The notes under the pieces are model-generated. The model was not told where the DNA came from, searched no databases, and was given only the letters and a program-made list of their open reading frames with translations. The position numbers and the translations under genes were made by a program. Of a stretch of 64,000 nt of DNA, positions 31,960 to 50,045 are shown piece by piece (position 1 is the stretch's first letter; each line of letters opens with the position of its first letter). Source of the stretch: the human T2T-CHM13v2.0 reference genome, Homo sapiens. The DNA lies in NCBI GenBank assembly GCA_009914755.4, contig CP068257.2, positions 41,312,001 through 41,376,000 on the forward strand. The letters run 5' to 3'.

Positions 31960-32640
31960 CATTTTGGATAGTCCGATTTATCCGCCCCACCTTTCCGGAA
32001 CTCTGAGACCAGGAGGCGGCATGCGGTTTCCATGTGATCCCCGATACCTTTGCCATCTTCTGTACTGTCAGCCACAAACGTAGGCCCGTTATCTGAGCTG
32101 ATCCGTAAGGGCAGTCCCAATCTAGGAATCAGATCTCGAAGAAGCAGACGGGTTACTTCAGGAGCTTTCTCAGTTCGTGTTGGATAAGCCTCCACCCACC
32201 CAGAGTAGGTACGCCCAAGAACTAGTAAATACTTGTTACCTCCACACTTTGGCATCTCTGTGAAGTCTACCTGGAGATCTTCAAAGGGGGCTGCTCCATA
32301 AGCTTGTATGCCGGGCGGAACGGCTGGCACTTGCCTCGCATTACGCTGTCGGCAGATAACACACCGCTGCGTCACCGTTTTGGCAAGTGCTGACAAATGC
32401 GAGACGTAGAAATACCGGCCTAACAACTTTTCCAGTTGACTCCTGACCTACATGGCATTCGAAACATGAGTATACAGAAGTCTTTGGTAATTCAGGATCA
32501 CTGATGAGTAAAACAAGATAGGAGTTGAAGCTTATCTTTGTTTAAAAAATCCTTTGGTCTTGGGTTAACAAGATAATGTAAATATGGCTTAAAGGAGAAT
32601 CATTTCAAAAACAAAGCAAAACAAGGAAATGAAAAATAAA
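31960..32640 (-). pseudogene. Gammaretrovirus-like integrase fragment (zinc-finger and catalytic-core regions). Truncated by the satellite on one side and by an Alu on the other.
   Basis: ORF 31770-32426 reads ..QRCVICRQRN...LQVDFTEMPKCGGNKYLLVLGRTYSGWVEAYPTRTEKAPEVTRLLLRDLIPRLGLPLRISSDNGPTFV.. Compare MLV integrase ..[68 protein letters not shown]. Confidence 0.8.
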
Positions 32641-32648
32641 ATTTATGG

Positions 32649-33154
<506 letters not shown>

Positions 33155-33282
33155 TCAAAAACAAAAAAAGAGTCGAAAATTTAAAAAAGGAATCTTTGTA
33201 TAAATAGAAAAAATGATTTTCGGAGGACTTCAAAAACTTTTTTTCTAAATCTTATATTGCTTTTAGAATTATCTTTCCTCAT

Positions 33283-33310
33283 TGAAAAACTTTTTTTTTT
33301 TTTTTTTTTA
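33283..33310. repeat. poly(T) tract
   Basis: Seen in the sequence. Confidence 0.9.
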
Positions 33311-33869
33311 ATATGTAACTAGTGAAACTGTCCCCCAGGGTTAACAAGAATTCATACCTGGTTCTGGACAGAAATACAGTTCTAACTGTGAAAGGAAAGT
33401 CAGTCGCAGGACCCCACGCTGCCTCAGGCAAACCTGCCTCAAACTTTATTCCTAAGCAAGATTGCTACGAAGATAACAGGAAGCTACCTACCTTCCTCAC
33501 CATTTCCCCCACAAGGAAATTCCTTGAGGGCTTCAAGATCTTTACCTTAAAACAGTTCTTTTGAATTTCACCTGGCAAGGTAAATTGGTAGCTCATCTTC
33601 ACAGGTGTGGGACAAAGGACAGAATTCAGTCAGCCCTCTGCTGAGCTGCGACAAACGTATATCTGATTGCTTCCTCTGCCCTATTGTTTATTTATTTATT
33701 TATTACTTTTGGCTTATTTCTCCAAGACAAATGCCCTATTGTTTATGCAAAAATGTAGATTCACTGAGCCAGACTAAGGCGTAAGTGACTATTCCTCTAC
33801 CCGCCTCTCACATGTAAATTGTGTATTCAGTGAAAGGCTGTTCAAGGACTCAAAAGAATGCAACCTTTT

Positions 33870-34245
<376 letters not shown>

Positions 34246-34436
34246 TTACACATATTGATTGACGTTTCACGTCTTTTTCTTTTTTGTTTCTTTTCTATTG
34301 TTTCTAACCCTCAGTATTCATATCATGTCTCTCTAAAACGTAAACACCAAGCTATGCCCTGATCACGTGGGGCACATATCCTCAGGACCTCGTGAGGCTG
34401 TGTCTCAGGCACGTCCTTAAATCTTGGCAAAATATC

Positions 34437-34655
<219 letters not shown>

Positions 34656-34877
34656 AAACCTTGGCAAAATAAATTTTCTAAATTAATTGAGACCTGCCTC
34701 AGATACTTTTGGGTTCTTGTAACTAAGCATTCATCAGGCTGCACTTTAGCCCACTTTCTTGTAACTGAAAGTCCCCTAGCCATAGATACTGACAATTTGC
34801 ACCCCTATTGTTCCCACAGATAGGATCTCTGACGTTAGAATCATAAGGCTTTCGTTTAAGAATTGCTTAAGATGTAG

Positions 34878-35168
34878 GCCGGGTGTGGTGGCTCATGCCT
34901 GTACTCCCAGCACTTTGGGAGAATGAGGTGGGTGGGTCACTTGAGGTCAGGAGTTTGAGACCAGCCTGGCCAATATGGTGAAACCCCGTCTCTACTGAAA
35001 ATACAAAATTAGCTGGGTGTGGTGGCACGTGCGTGTAATCCTAGCTACTCAGGAGGCTGAGGCAGGAGAATCGATTGAACCTGGGAGGCGGAGGTTGTGG
35101 TGAGCCAAGATTGCAGCATTGCACTCCAGCCTGGGCAACAAGAGCAAAACTCTGTCTCAAAAAAAAAG
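34878..35168 (+). mobile_element. Alu SINE
   Basis: Alu consensus. Confidence 0.9.
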
Positions 35169-35192
35169 GGGGTGGGGTGGGGGGCTGGGCGC

Positions 35193-35462
35193 GGTGGCTC
35201 ACGCCTGTAATCCCAGCACTTTGGGAGGCCAAGGTGGGCGGGTCACGAGCTCAGGAGATCGAGACCATCCTGGCTAACACGGTGAAACCCCGTCTCTACT
35301 AAAATACAAAAAGCCAGGCGTGGTGGCGGGCACCTGTAGTCCCAGCTACTGGGGAGGCTGAGGCAGGAGAATGGCATGAACCCAGGAGGCGGAGCTTGCA
35401 ATGAGCCACTGCACTCCAGCCTGGGGGACAGAGCAAGATTCCGTCTCAAAAAAAAAAAAAAA
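35193..35462 (+). mobile_element. Alu SINE
   Basis: Alu consensus. Confidence 0.9.
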
Positions 35463-35974
35463 AGAATTGCTTAAGATGTTTTCCAGATTCTGAATTCCAG
35501 CAGAATGGCTGACACTAGACAGTTTAAAGCCCCTTCGCAGAGTAACCAAGTCAACATGAGAATCCAGGTGTCTGTCTCCAACCTGTGCTTTTCGACCAAT
35601 CAGTGATGCCCACACCTTGGTCCACTTCAAACCTCTTAAGATCCCCAGCCCCAGACTCCTGAGGGAAGCTGCTTTGAGGTGTCCTCTCCTCTAGGCATTC
35701 CGCAGCATTAGGACGACACCTCTCTCTCTCTGCTGGAACCCTCCATCGGTGTTTGGACTTGTGCATCAGGCAACCGACCTGTTAAGGTCACAGCAGCAAA
35801 AGCTGAGCTAATGGTGTTATTTCCATCAAGCTGTTAAGCCTGTAAAGATCTTTATCAGGCGAGACTTTGTGGTCCTGTCATACCGAAAGTAGTGCAAGGG
35901 TACACCCCTCTGTAGCCGACCAGAATATGCCACTCCAAATGTGCCTCTTGGCATAGAATTATTATTATTATTAT

Positions 35975-36289
<315 letters not shown>

Positions 36290-36480
36290 TGAGCTGATTA
36301 TTTTGACAGCCAGCAGACACAGGAGTCCTGGATACAGTGTATAAATTACCCTTTTGTAAGGGAAATCTACATTTATAAAGGAATCTCCATTGGTCCCGGC
36401 ATCTTCCTCTTCATATCAGGAGGAGGAGGATTCTAAATCACAAGAGACATCATCCGCATAACAAACCCTGCCCTTGTTGA

Positions 36481-36872
<392 letters not shown>

Positions 36873-36882
36873 CTCAAAATTC

Positions 36883-37135
36883 TTTTTTTAAGACAAGGTC
36901 TCACTTTGTCGCCCAGGTTGGAGTGCAGTGACGCGAACACAGCTCACTGCGGCCTCCCAGGCTCAAGCAATCCTCCTACCTCAGCCTCCCTAGTAGCTCA
37001 GACTACAGGTGTGCACCACCACGCCCCACTAACTTTCTTTTTGTATGTTTTATAGAGATGGAGTTTTGCCATGTTGCCCAGGCTGGTCTGGAACTCCTCA
37101 GCTCAAGCGATCCACTTGCCTCAGCCTCCCAAAAT
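36883..37135 (-). mobile_element. Alu SINE (partial)
   Basis: Alu consensus. Confidence 0.85.
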
Positions 37136-37309
37136 ATAACCACCCAACGAGTTCACCTTGCCTGCTGTCTAGACAGCTGATTTATCAACACAGGGGAACT
37201 GAAATAGAGAAAGAGCAATTTACCAGGGCCAGCTATGTGGGAGACCAGAGTTTTATTATTACTCGGATTACTCAAAATTACCCAAGAATTTCGGGATCAG
37301 AGGTGTTTT

Positions 37310-37602
37310 TTGTTTGTTTGTTTGTTTGTTTGGGACAGAGTTTCACTCTGTCACCCAGGCTGGAGTGCAATGGTTCGATCTCGGCAACCTCTGCCTCCTG
37401 GGTTCAAGCAAATCTCCCGCCTCAGCCTCCTAAGTAGCTGGGATACAGGCACACCATCACCATGCCTGGCTAATTTTTGTATTTTTGTAGAGACGGGGTT
37501 TCGCCATGTTGGCCAGGCTGGTCTTGAGTTCCTGACTTCAGGTGATCCACCCACCTCGGCCTCCCAAAGTGCTGGGATTACAGGCATGAGCCACTGCGCC
37601 TG

Positions 37603-37605
<3 letters not shown>
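37310..37605 (-). mobile_element. Alu SINE
   Basis: Alu consensus. Confidence 0.9.
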
Positions 37606-38292
<687 letters not shown>

Positions 38293-39399
38293 CAGAGTTT
38301 TTAAGGATAATTTGGTGGGTAGGGAGCCGTTGGGTCAGGAGTGCTGATTTGTCAGGTCGGAGATGAAATTACAGGAAGTTGAGGCTGTCCTCTTGGGCTG
38401 ACTTGGTTCCTGGGAGGGGGTCAGAAGACCCCATGAGCCAGTTTATCGGTAGGAGTGGTGTCAGCTGATCCATCGAGTGCAGGGTCTGCAAAATATCTCA
38501 AGCGCTGATCTGAGGTTTGACAGTAGTGATGTGATCCCTAGGAGCAATTTTGCAGCCTCCAGCTGCAAGACTCCTAAACAATAATTTCTAATTTTGTGGC
38601 TAATTTGTTAGTCCTGCAAAGGCAATCTAGTCCCCAGGTAGGAAGGGGATGTGTTTAGGGAAAGGGCTCTATCGTCTTTGTTTCAAAGCTAAACCATAAA
38701 CTAAGTTCCTCCCAGAGTTAGTTCGGCCTCCACCCAGGAACAAACAAGGACAGCTTGGAGGTTAGAAGCAAGATGGACTTAGTTAGGCCAGATGTCTTTC
38801 ACTGTAATGATTGCCTCACTTATAATTTTTGCAAAGGTGGTTTCAAAAGGGCTGGGATAGAAGCCCAAATTCTATGTCACCTCTTTAAATTTACTCATCC
38901 CTGAGTTTCTCCATTATCCCTGAGAGATACATGCTAATAAACATCCATCTTTCCCCTGTTAATTTGTCTTTTGTAGCAGGGTCCCCAGTGAGAACCTGGA
39001 AGGGTAGAATAAAATGAGCAATTTTCCTTCCCCTACACAGTTAAAAGAGAAGAGCTCTGGCGGGATGAAGACCTGGGCCTGGAGCCTGTCTTGAACACGC
39101 CCAGTGGTTTTCTCCCATGTAAAAGGAGCTGGAGAGATTTCTCCCATCTCTAGAATTCCATGAATGCATTCTGTTCCTTAATCTTTCCACTGATCCTGAC
39201 TGATAATTGCACATACACAAAAGTGCACTTACTTGTAGATGCTAGGATATGTGGAGGTAGGGACAGTATTCCTAGTATATGTAAGAAGGGTATATGTATC
39301 CAGTATCCTAGTATATGTATCCAGTCACACATGCAGGAAGCAAGAGAGGCAGCTGACACGGCCACCAAGGGAGGCACCCTGTCCAGACCAAGCCCACAA

Positions 39400-39545
39400 G
39401 CTTCTCTTTCTTTTTTCTTTTCTTTTCTTTTCTTTTCTCCCTTCCCTTCCCTTCCCCTCCCCTCCCCTCCCCTCCCCTCCCCTCCCCTCCCCTCCCCTCC
39501 CCTCCCCTCCCCTCCCTTCCCTTCCCTTCCCTTCTCTTCGACGGA
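39400..39545. repeat. (TTTTC)n(CCCCT)n(CCCTT)n polypyrimidine simple repeat
   Basis: Seen in the sequence. It is the source of the GEGRGG and PLPSPP repeat ORFs at 39150-39687. Confidence 0.9.
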
Positions 39546-39685
39546 ATCTTGCTCTGTCGCCCAGGCTGGAGTGCAGTGGTGTGATCTTGGCTCACTGCAA
39601 AATCCGCCTCCCAGTTTCAAGCAATTCTCTGCCTCAGCCTCCAGAGTAGCTGGTGCCCATCGCCATGCCCAGCTAATTTTTGTGT
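39535..39685 (-). mobile_element. Alu SINE (partial)
   Basis: Alu consensus. Confidence 0.8.
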
Positions 39686-39735
39686 AAAAATTGGCCCCGC
39701 AAGCTTCTTTCTATCCTCAATGAAAATACGTTGTG

Positions 39736-40032
<297 letters not shown>

Positions 40033-40075
40033 AAAGACAGAAAAGAAAATATGTAGTAGAAACAGCAACTGTGTT

Positions 40076-40205
40076 GGCTGGACACAGTGGCACATACCTG
40101 TAATCCGAGCACTCTGGGAGGCTGAGGCAGGCAGATTGCCTGAGCTCAGGAGTTGGAGACCAGCCTGGGCAACATGGCAAAACCCATCTCTTTTAAAAAT
40201 AGAAA
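40076..40205 (+). mobile_element. Alu monomer (FLAM-like, left arm)
   Basis: Alu left-monomer consensus. Confidence 0.8.
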
Positions 40206-40212
40206 GGAAAGG

Positions 40213-40645
<433 letters not shown>

Positions 40646-41135
40646 TCAGCTTGATGCTCCTTTTCGTGCTAACTGTGCACTGCCTGGGCACAGAAGGCAG
40701 CGTGCCAGCTCGCCTCCCTTGCCTCTGGGCATTCCTCTGTAGCCTGGAGAGGGGCCCACCATCCCTCCCGTCCCTCCCTCTTCTCTCCCCTACCCCACTC
40801 CTCATCCAAGCTGAGAGGGGGCACATTCCCTCCAGTGAGGGTCCAGGCCCGGGGGGCCTGTGCAGGCAGGAAAGCAACCTGTCCACATAGCACTGCTGTG
40901 GGCAGGTAGGAAGCAGGACTGCGGGGACTAGGAGGCCCCTTCTCTGTGCCTGATTTTAGCTGCACAGTCCCGCCAGGAAGGGCCAATGGTGAGCGGTCAC
41001 TGGGACCATGGGCCTTCCAGGATTGTCCTACTGCGGCCTTGGTGTCCACAGTGGGAAAGCAGGCAACGGTGCCATGTGTGGGTAAATGTCACTAAAGCAT
41101 ATGCCATTGTGAGGGTCCAGAGACAGGAATGCATC

Positions 41136-41565
41136 CTGCATTAGTCAGGGTTCTCCAGAGAAACAGAACCGATAGGATGGAGATAGATGTACATAGACGG
41201 ATAGTGAGAGAGGGAGAGATTTATTTTAAGAATCGAGACTGGCAAGTCTGAAATTTGCAGGGCAGTCTGGAAATTCTAGCAAGAGATGCTGCTGGCGGTG
41301 CGGCGTGAGTCCCAATTCAAAGGCAGTGTGGAGGCAGAATTCCTTCCTTCTTAGGGAACCTCAGTCTTTTCTCTGAAGGCCTTAAATGGATGCATGAGGC
41401 CCACGCACATTATGGAGGGTAACGTGCTTCACTGAAATCTACTTAGGAAAATGTTAATCCCATCTAAAAACATCTTCACAGACACATCCAGGGTGCTCTG
41501 TGACCACTGAGCCAGGCACCATAGCCTAGCCACATTGACACATAAAATTAACCAGCCCAGGTCCC
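41136..41565 (+). mobile_element. MaLR LTR (MST-type) solo LTR
   Basis: Reads cagggttctccagagaaacagaacc...gagatttattttaag...ggcccac.cacattatggagggtaa...tgttaatcccatc...cattgacacataaaattaacc. These are hallmark MST/MLT motifs as I remember them. Confidence 0.55.
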
Positions 41566-41842
41566 AAAGCTCAGGAAGTATCATCTTGTCCCAGGGCAGG
41601 TAACCCCATATCCAGTGCCACCCGTACACCCCACCGTATTGGAGTTCCTGCTCATCGAGCTTCCTCACCTGTCTGAGCACACCTGGCTCAGGTGCAGCCG
41701 TTGTCCATCAGGGACCCGGAGCCTTCTCTTGCTGTCTCCATCCAGGCTCCCCAAGGCTTTGGTCTCTTCCATTGCTGACTTGCCCTGTTGAGCTGGGGCT
41801 CATCATATTTCTCTATTGTTGCTGTAGTTTTTGTGTGTGGAA

Positions 41843-41972
41843 TTTTTTTATTTTTGTAGAGACGGGTCTTACTATGTTGTCCAGGCTGGTCCCAAACTCC
41901 TGGCCTCAAGCAGTCCTCCTGCCTTGGCCTCCCAAAGTACTAGGACTACAAGTGTGAGCCATGGAGCCCAAC
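41843..41972 (-). mobile_element. Alu SINE (partial right arm)
   Basis: Alu consensus. Confidence 0.8.
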
Positions 41973-42006
41973 CAGTTAATCATGTTTCAACTGTTCATTG
42001 ACCTCA

Positions 42007-42330
<324 letters not shown>

Positions 42331-42369
42331 TTTCAATTAAAATAAAATTAAAAAGAAGGCCAGTTTTGC

Positions 42370-42678
<309 letters not shown>

Positions 42679-42679
42679 G

Positions 42680-43305
<626 letters not shown>

Positions 43306-43307
43306 GC

Positions 43308-43492
43308 TTTTTTTTTTTTTTTGAGACAGGGTCTCAGCTTTTTAGTCTGTCACCTAACCAGGAGTGCAATGGTGTGATCTGCGCTCACTACAACCTGTGC
43401 CCCCCGGGGCTCAAGCAATCCTCCCATCTCAGCCTCCCAAGTAGCTGGGACCACAGGTATGCACCACCACAGCCAGCTATTTTTTAAATTTT
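43308..43492 (-). mobile_element. Alu left-half fragment
   Basis: Alu consensus. Confidence 0.8.
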
Positions 43493-43496
43493 GGTT

Positions 43497-44237
<741 letters not shown>

Positions 44238-44321
44238 TAGAATTGGCTTTTATCAGTTAATAAACTTGAGTGATTTGGAGACTAATTAGAGTGCACACTA
44301 ATACAATATTTGAATAGTTCC

Positions 44322-44618
<297 letters not shown>

Positions 44619-44700
44619 ATTGAACAGTTCCTGGCATGAGATGTATGAGACATTGGAGCAGTGTGTGAGAATGAACTCTATGCAAAATCAAAAGCAGATG

Positions 44701-44950
44701 AGGGCCAGGCGCGGTGGCTCAGGCCTGTAATCCCCGCACTTTGGGAGGCCGAGGCGAGTGGATCACCTGAGGTCAGTCAGGAGTTCAAGACCAGCCTGGC
44801 TAACATGGCAAAACCCTGTCTCTACTAAAAATGCAAAAATTAGCTAGGCGTGGTGGTGGGCACCTGTAATCCCAGCTACTCAGGAGGCTGAGTCAGGAGA
44901 ATTGCTTGAACCCAGGAAGCGGAGGCTACAGCGAGCCGAAATCAGCGCCC
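44701..44950 (+). mobile_element. Alu SINE (3'-truncated)
   Basis: Alu consensus. Confidence 0.85.
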
Positions 44951-45124
44951 TAGTTTTCAGTGGCTTCTCGTTCATTTTTCTCAGTGAAGCCTCTCAGATC
45001 CTAATCATCCTTTAAGAACAACTCAAGTTCCTCCAGTGTCATTTTCAAATACTCCCCCATGTACCGTAGCTCTGGTGTGTGCTGTGCCCCATCTGGGTTA
45101 CTGCTACCTTTATTCCCTGTGCCT

Positions 45125-45305
45125 CACAAGTGAGTGCTGGGATTACAGGCGTGTGCCACCACGCCCGGCTAATTTTTTGTATTTTTAGTAGAGACGGAGT
45201 TTCACCATCTTGGCCAGGCTGGTCTTGAACTCCTGACCTCATGATCCACCCTCCTCGGCCTCCCAAAGTGCTGGGATTACAGGCGTGAGCCATCGTGCCC
45301 GGCCT
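45125..45305 (-). mobile_element. Alu SINE (partial)
   Basis: Alu consensus. Confidence 0.8.
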
Positions 45306-45490
45306 ACTGCAACCTGTTTTATTAGCAAGGTCTTTATGACTTGTATTGTATCTTGTCCTGACCTCTTATACCATCCTGTGACTTTGAATGCCTTAACTGT
45401 CTGGGAATGCAGCCCAGTAGGTTTCAGCCTCATTTCACCCAGCTCCTATTCAAGATGGAGTTGGTCTTCTTCATACGCCTCACGTATTTC
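45306..45490 (-). mobile_element. LTR12-like fragment (5' portion, minus orientation)
   Basis: The reverse complement reads ..ccatcttgaataggagctgggtgaaatgaggctgaaacc...aagaccttgctaataaaacaggttgcagtag. Confidence 0.5.
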
Positions 45491-45494
45491 TCCT

Positions 45495-45630
45495 TTTTTT
45501 TTTTTTTTTTTTTTTTTTGCGACAGGGTCTTACTCTGTTGCCCAGGCTTCAGTGCAGTGGCATGCTCTCAAGCCTTCCAAGTAGCTGGGACTACTGGTGT
45601 GCACCATGACACCTGCTAGTTACAAATTTT
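45495..45630 (-). mobile_element. Alu SINE (partial, deleted)
   Basis: Alu consensus. Confidence 0.75.
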
Positions 45631-45636
45631 TTTTTG

Positions 45637-45939
<303 letters not shown>

Positions 45940-45940
<1 letters not shown>

Positions 45941-46078
45941 TTCTTTTGTAGAGACCAGGATGGGTGTGTGCAGGGGGCAGTGGGGGGGTCTCACCATATT
46001 GCCCACACTAGTCTCAAACTCCTGGCCTCACGCCTCCTGAAGTGCTGGGATTGCAGGAATGAGCCACTGCACCCAGTC
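45940..46078 (-). mobile_element. Alu fragment (right arm, rearranged)
   Basis: Alu consensus. Confidence 0.7.
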
Positions 46079-46089
46079 TAGTCATGTCT

Positions 46090-46205
46090 TTCTTTTTCTT
46101 TTTTTGAGACAGAGTCTCGCTCTATACCCCAGGCTGGAGTGCAGTGGCATGATCTCGGCTGACTGCAATCTCTGTCTCCTGGATTCAAGCAATTCTCATG
46201 CCTCT
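46090..46205 (-). mobile_element. Alu SINE, part 1 (split by the LTR-Y insertion; continues at 46733-46790)
   Basis: Alu antisense sequence stops at ..attctcatgcctc. Confidence 0.8.
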
Positions 46206-46207
46206 GT

Positions 46208-46732
46208 GATACCCTACCTTGTTTTAACCTGAGTGACCCTCTCCTAGGAGAGAGAGAGCCAGACAGACTCCATTTTAGTTTCTTCATTGGCAGCCCCCTT
46301 TCACCTCCCTCCCTTAAGGCGTAGCTAGTGTAAACTGACTCTAAGCACGTCCAGGAATGCACCTACTGATAAGATAGTGAGGCAAGCCGCACTAGCAGCT
46401 CCTGGGGATGAGCACGGTGGATGGCACCCAAAACCCCTGCATTTATCTCTTTGTGATAGTTTAAGCCCCTGCACCTGGAACTGTTTATTTTTTTAACTGC
46501 ATTTGTAACCAATTAATTTTTTAATTTTTTGCCAGTTCTGCTTCTGTAAAAATTGTTTCAGCTAAAATCCCCCTCCCCTATTTAGACCATGGTATAAAAA
46601 CAAAACTAGCCCCTTCCTCGGGGCCGAGAGAATTTTGAGCGTTAGCTGCCTCTTGGTTGCCGGCTAATAAAGGACTCTTTAATTTGTCTCAAAGTGTGGC
46701 GTTTCTCTATAACTCGCTTGGTCACAACACCT
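46208..46732 (+). mobile_element. LTR-Y solo LTR inserted into an Alu; 4-bp target-site duplication CCTC
   Basis: Starts TGTGATACC and ends ..GGTCACAACA. Has TATAAAAAC, AATAAAGG and a U5-like gtctcaaagtgtggcgtttctc. About 85% identical to 12912-13478. The Alu resumes with cctcagcctcc. Confidence 0.65.
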
Positions 46733-46790
46733 CAGCCTCCCAAGTAGCTGGGATTACAGGCGCCTGCCACCACACCCAGCTAATTTTTGT
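46733..46790 (-). mobile_element. Alu SINE, part 2 (continuation of 46090-46205)
   Basis: Reads cctcagcctcccaagtagctgggattacagg... Confidence 0.8.
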
Positions 46791-46799
46791 ATTTTTTTT

Positions 46800-47090
<291 letters not shown>

Positions 47091-47139
47091 AATTTTTGTA
47101 TTTTTAGTAGAATCGGGGTTTCACCATGTTGCCCAGGCC

Positions 47140-47360
<221 letters not shown>

Positions 47361-47401
47361 AATTAACAAATATTATAGAAAACATGTTGTAAAGAAAATA
47401 G

Positions 47402-47742
<341 letters not shown>

Positions 47743-47974
47743 TTTTTTTTCTTTAGAAACCACTTCGGTGCTCAACACCGGGAAGAGGGCCCCCATGGCC
47801 ACACAGGTGTGGTTGGAGGCAAAGGTGGATTCACAGGGAAGCAAATGAGTCTTCACCCCCTCTAAAGCCCCATACCTACCTCACTTTGAATTATTTTCCT
47901 AAAGACTCCTCACAGTATGCAAGTTTCAGGGCCCAGCAAACTTTGCCCATCCCTGGAGGAGGAGACACTACTGA

Positions 47975-48670
47975 TAGTGCATCTGTCAGGGGCATTTGAA
48001 CCAAAGCGACTCCATCTTGAATAGCGACTGGGTAAAATAAGACTGAGACCTATTGGGCTGCGTTTCCAGGAGGTTAAGGCATTCTTAGTCACAGGGAGAG
48101 ATAGGAGGACACAAGACACAGGTCACAAAGACCTTGCTGATAAAACAGGTAAAGAAGCCGGCCAAATCCCACCAAAACCAAGATGAGGATGAAAGTGACT
48201 GCTGGTCGTCCTCACTGCTCATTATATGCTAATTATAATACATTAGCATGCTAAAAGACACTCCCACCACTGTCAGGACAGTTTACAAATGCCATGGCAA
48301 TGGCAGGAGGTTACCCTATATGGCCTAAAAAGGGGAGGAACCCTCAGTTCCCACCCCTGTTCAGGAAACCTCATGAATAACCCACCCTGTGTTTAGCATA
48401 TAATCAAGAGCTAACAATATATGTATAAGCTGCCGGGGGAGGAAGGCAGGGCAGGAAAGAAAAACAAGCAAGCAAACAAACAAAAAGTATAAGCAACTGA
48501 GCAGCCACGCCACTGGTGGGCCTATGGAGTAGCTGTTCTTTTATTCCTTTGCTTTCTTAATAAACTTGCTTTCAGTTTATGGACTTGCCCTGAGTTCTTT
48601 CTTGCTCAAGATCCAAGAATCCCCTCTTGGGGTCTGGATCAAGACCCCCTTTCTGGCAACACATCCCGGC
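47975..48670 (+). mobile_element. LTR12 (ERV9 LTR)-like solo LTR
   Basis: Reads ..aagaccttgctgataaaacagg..ccaaaaccaagatg..gtcgtcctcactgct..gtttacaaatgccatggcaa..ccctatatgg.ctaaaaagggg..ttagcatataatcaag..ggagtagc..ttcttttattcctttgctttcttaataaacttgctttca..ctttcttgctcaagatccaagaa.ccctcttggggtctggatc, ending tggcaaca. Confidence 0.65.
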
Positions 48671-49117
48671 CTTTCCCCCTTTTCTGAAGACAGACTTCAG
48701 AAATGAAAAAGAAGGGTGGCCGCTCATGGTGGGTGAAAGGGCAAAGCAGCTGGCAGAGAAGGCACCTAGCTGATGACCCCAGAGTCTTCTGGGCCCAGAG
48801 TGGGATGGCAGGGCCTGGGCTTCTGTCTGCCCTGGACTTGCTGCAGCTGCTTCCTGGGCTCTGGGTGACCATGCGCTCAGGTCCTCCTGTGGAACTCCTG
48901 CTGTCTCACAGGCCAGATGCAAATAAATGAAAGCTTCAGACCGGGGGCAGGTGTAGGTGTGGCCAGTGAGCCCCGGGCTGCTTCCAGGGGCCTGAACAGC
49001 ATGTCACAGGGCCCCTGCCCCTGCTGAGAAGGGCCCAGGCTGGGGGTAAGGTTCTGCTGTCACTGCCTTGAAATTCTTCACTGTAATTTCTGAGCCAGGG
49101 ACTTTGTCTTACTGGAA

Positions 49118-50045
<928 letters not shown>

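Noticed and set aside
29572-32426. Stacked ORFs of 60-220 codons on both strands across the satellite (for example 29572-29883, 30266-30529 and the tail of 31770-32426)
   Set aside because: These are periodic translations of the 61- and 76-bp tandem units (..NIILSLLGY.. repeats). They are not genes. Only the integrase part above 31960 is real homology.
39150-39687. ORFs with GEGRGG and PLPSPP repeats
   Set aside because: These are translations of the (CCCCT)n polypyrimidine simple repeat plus Alu.
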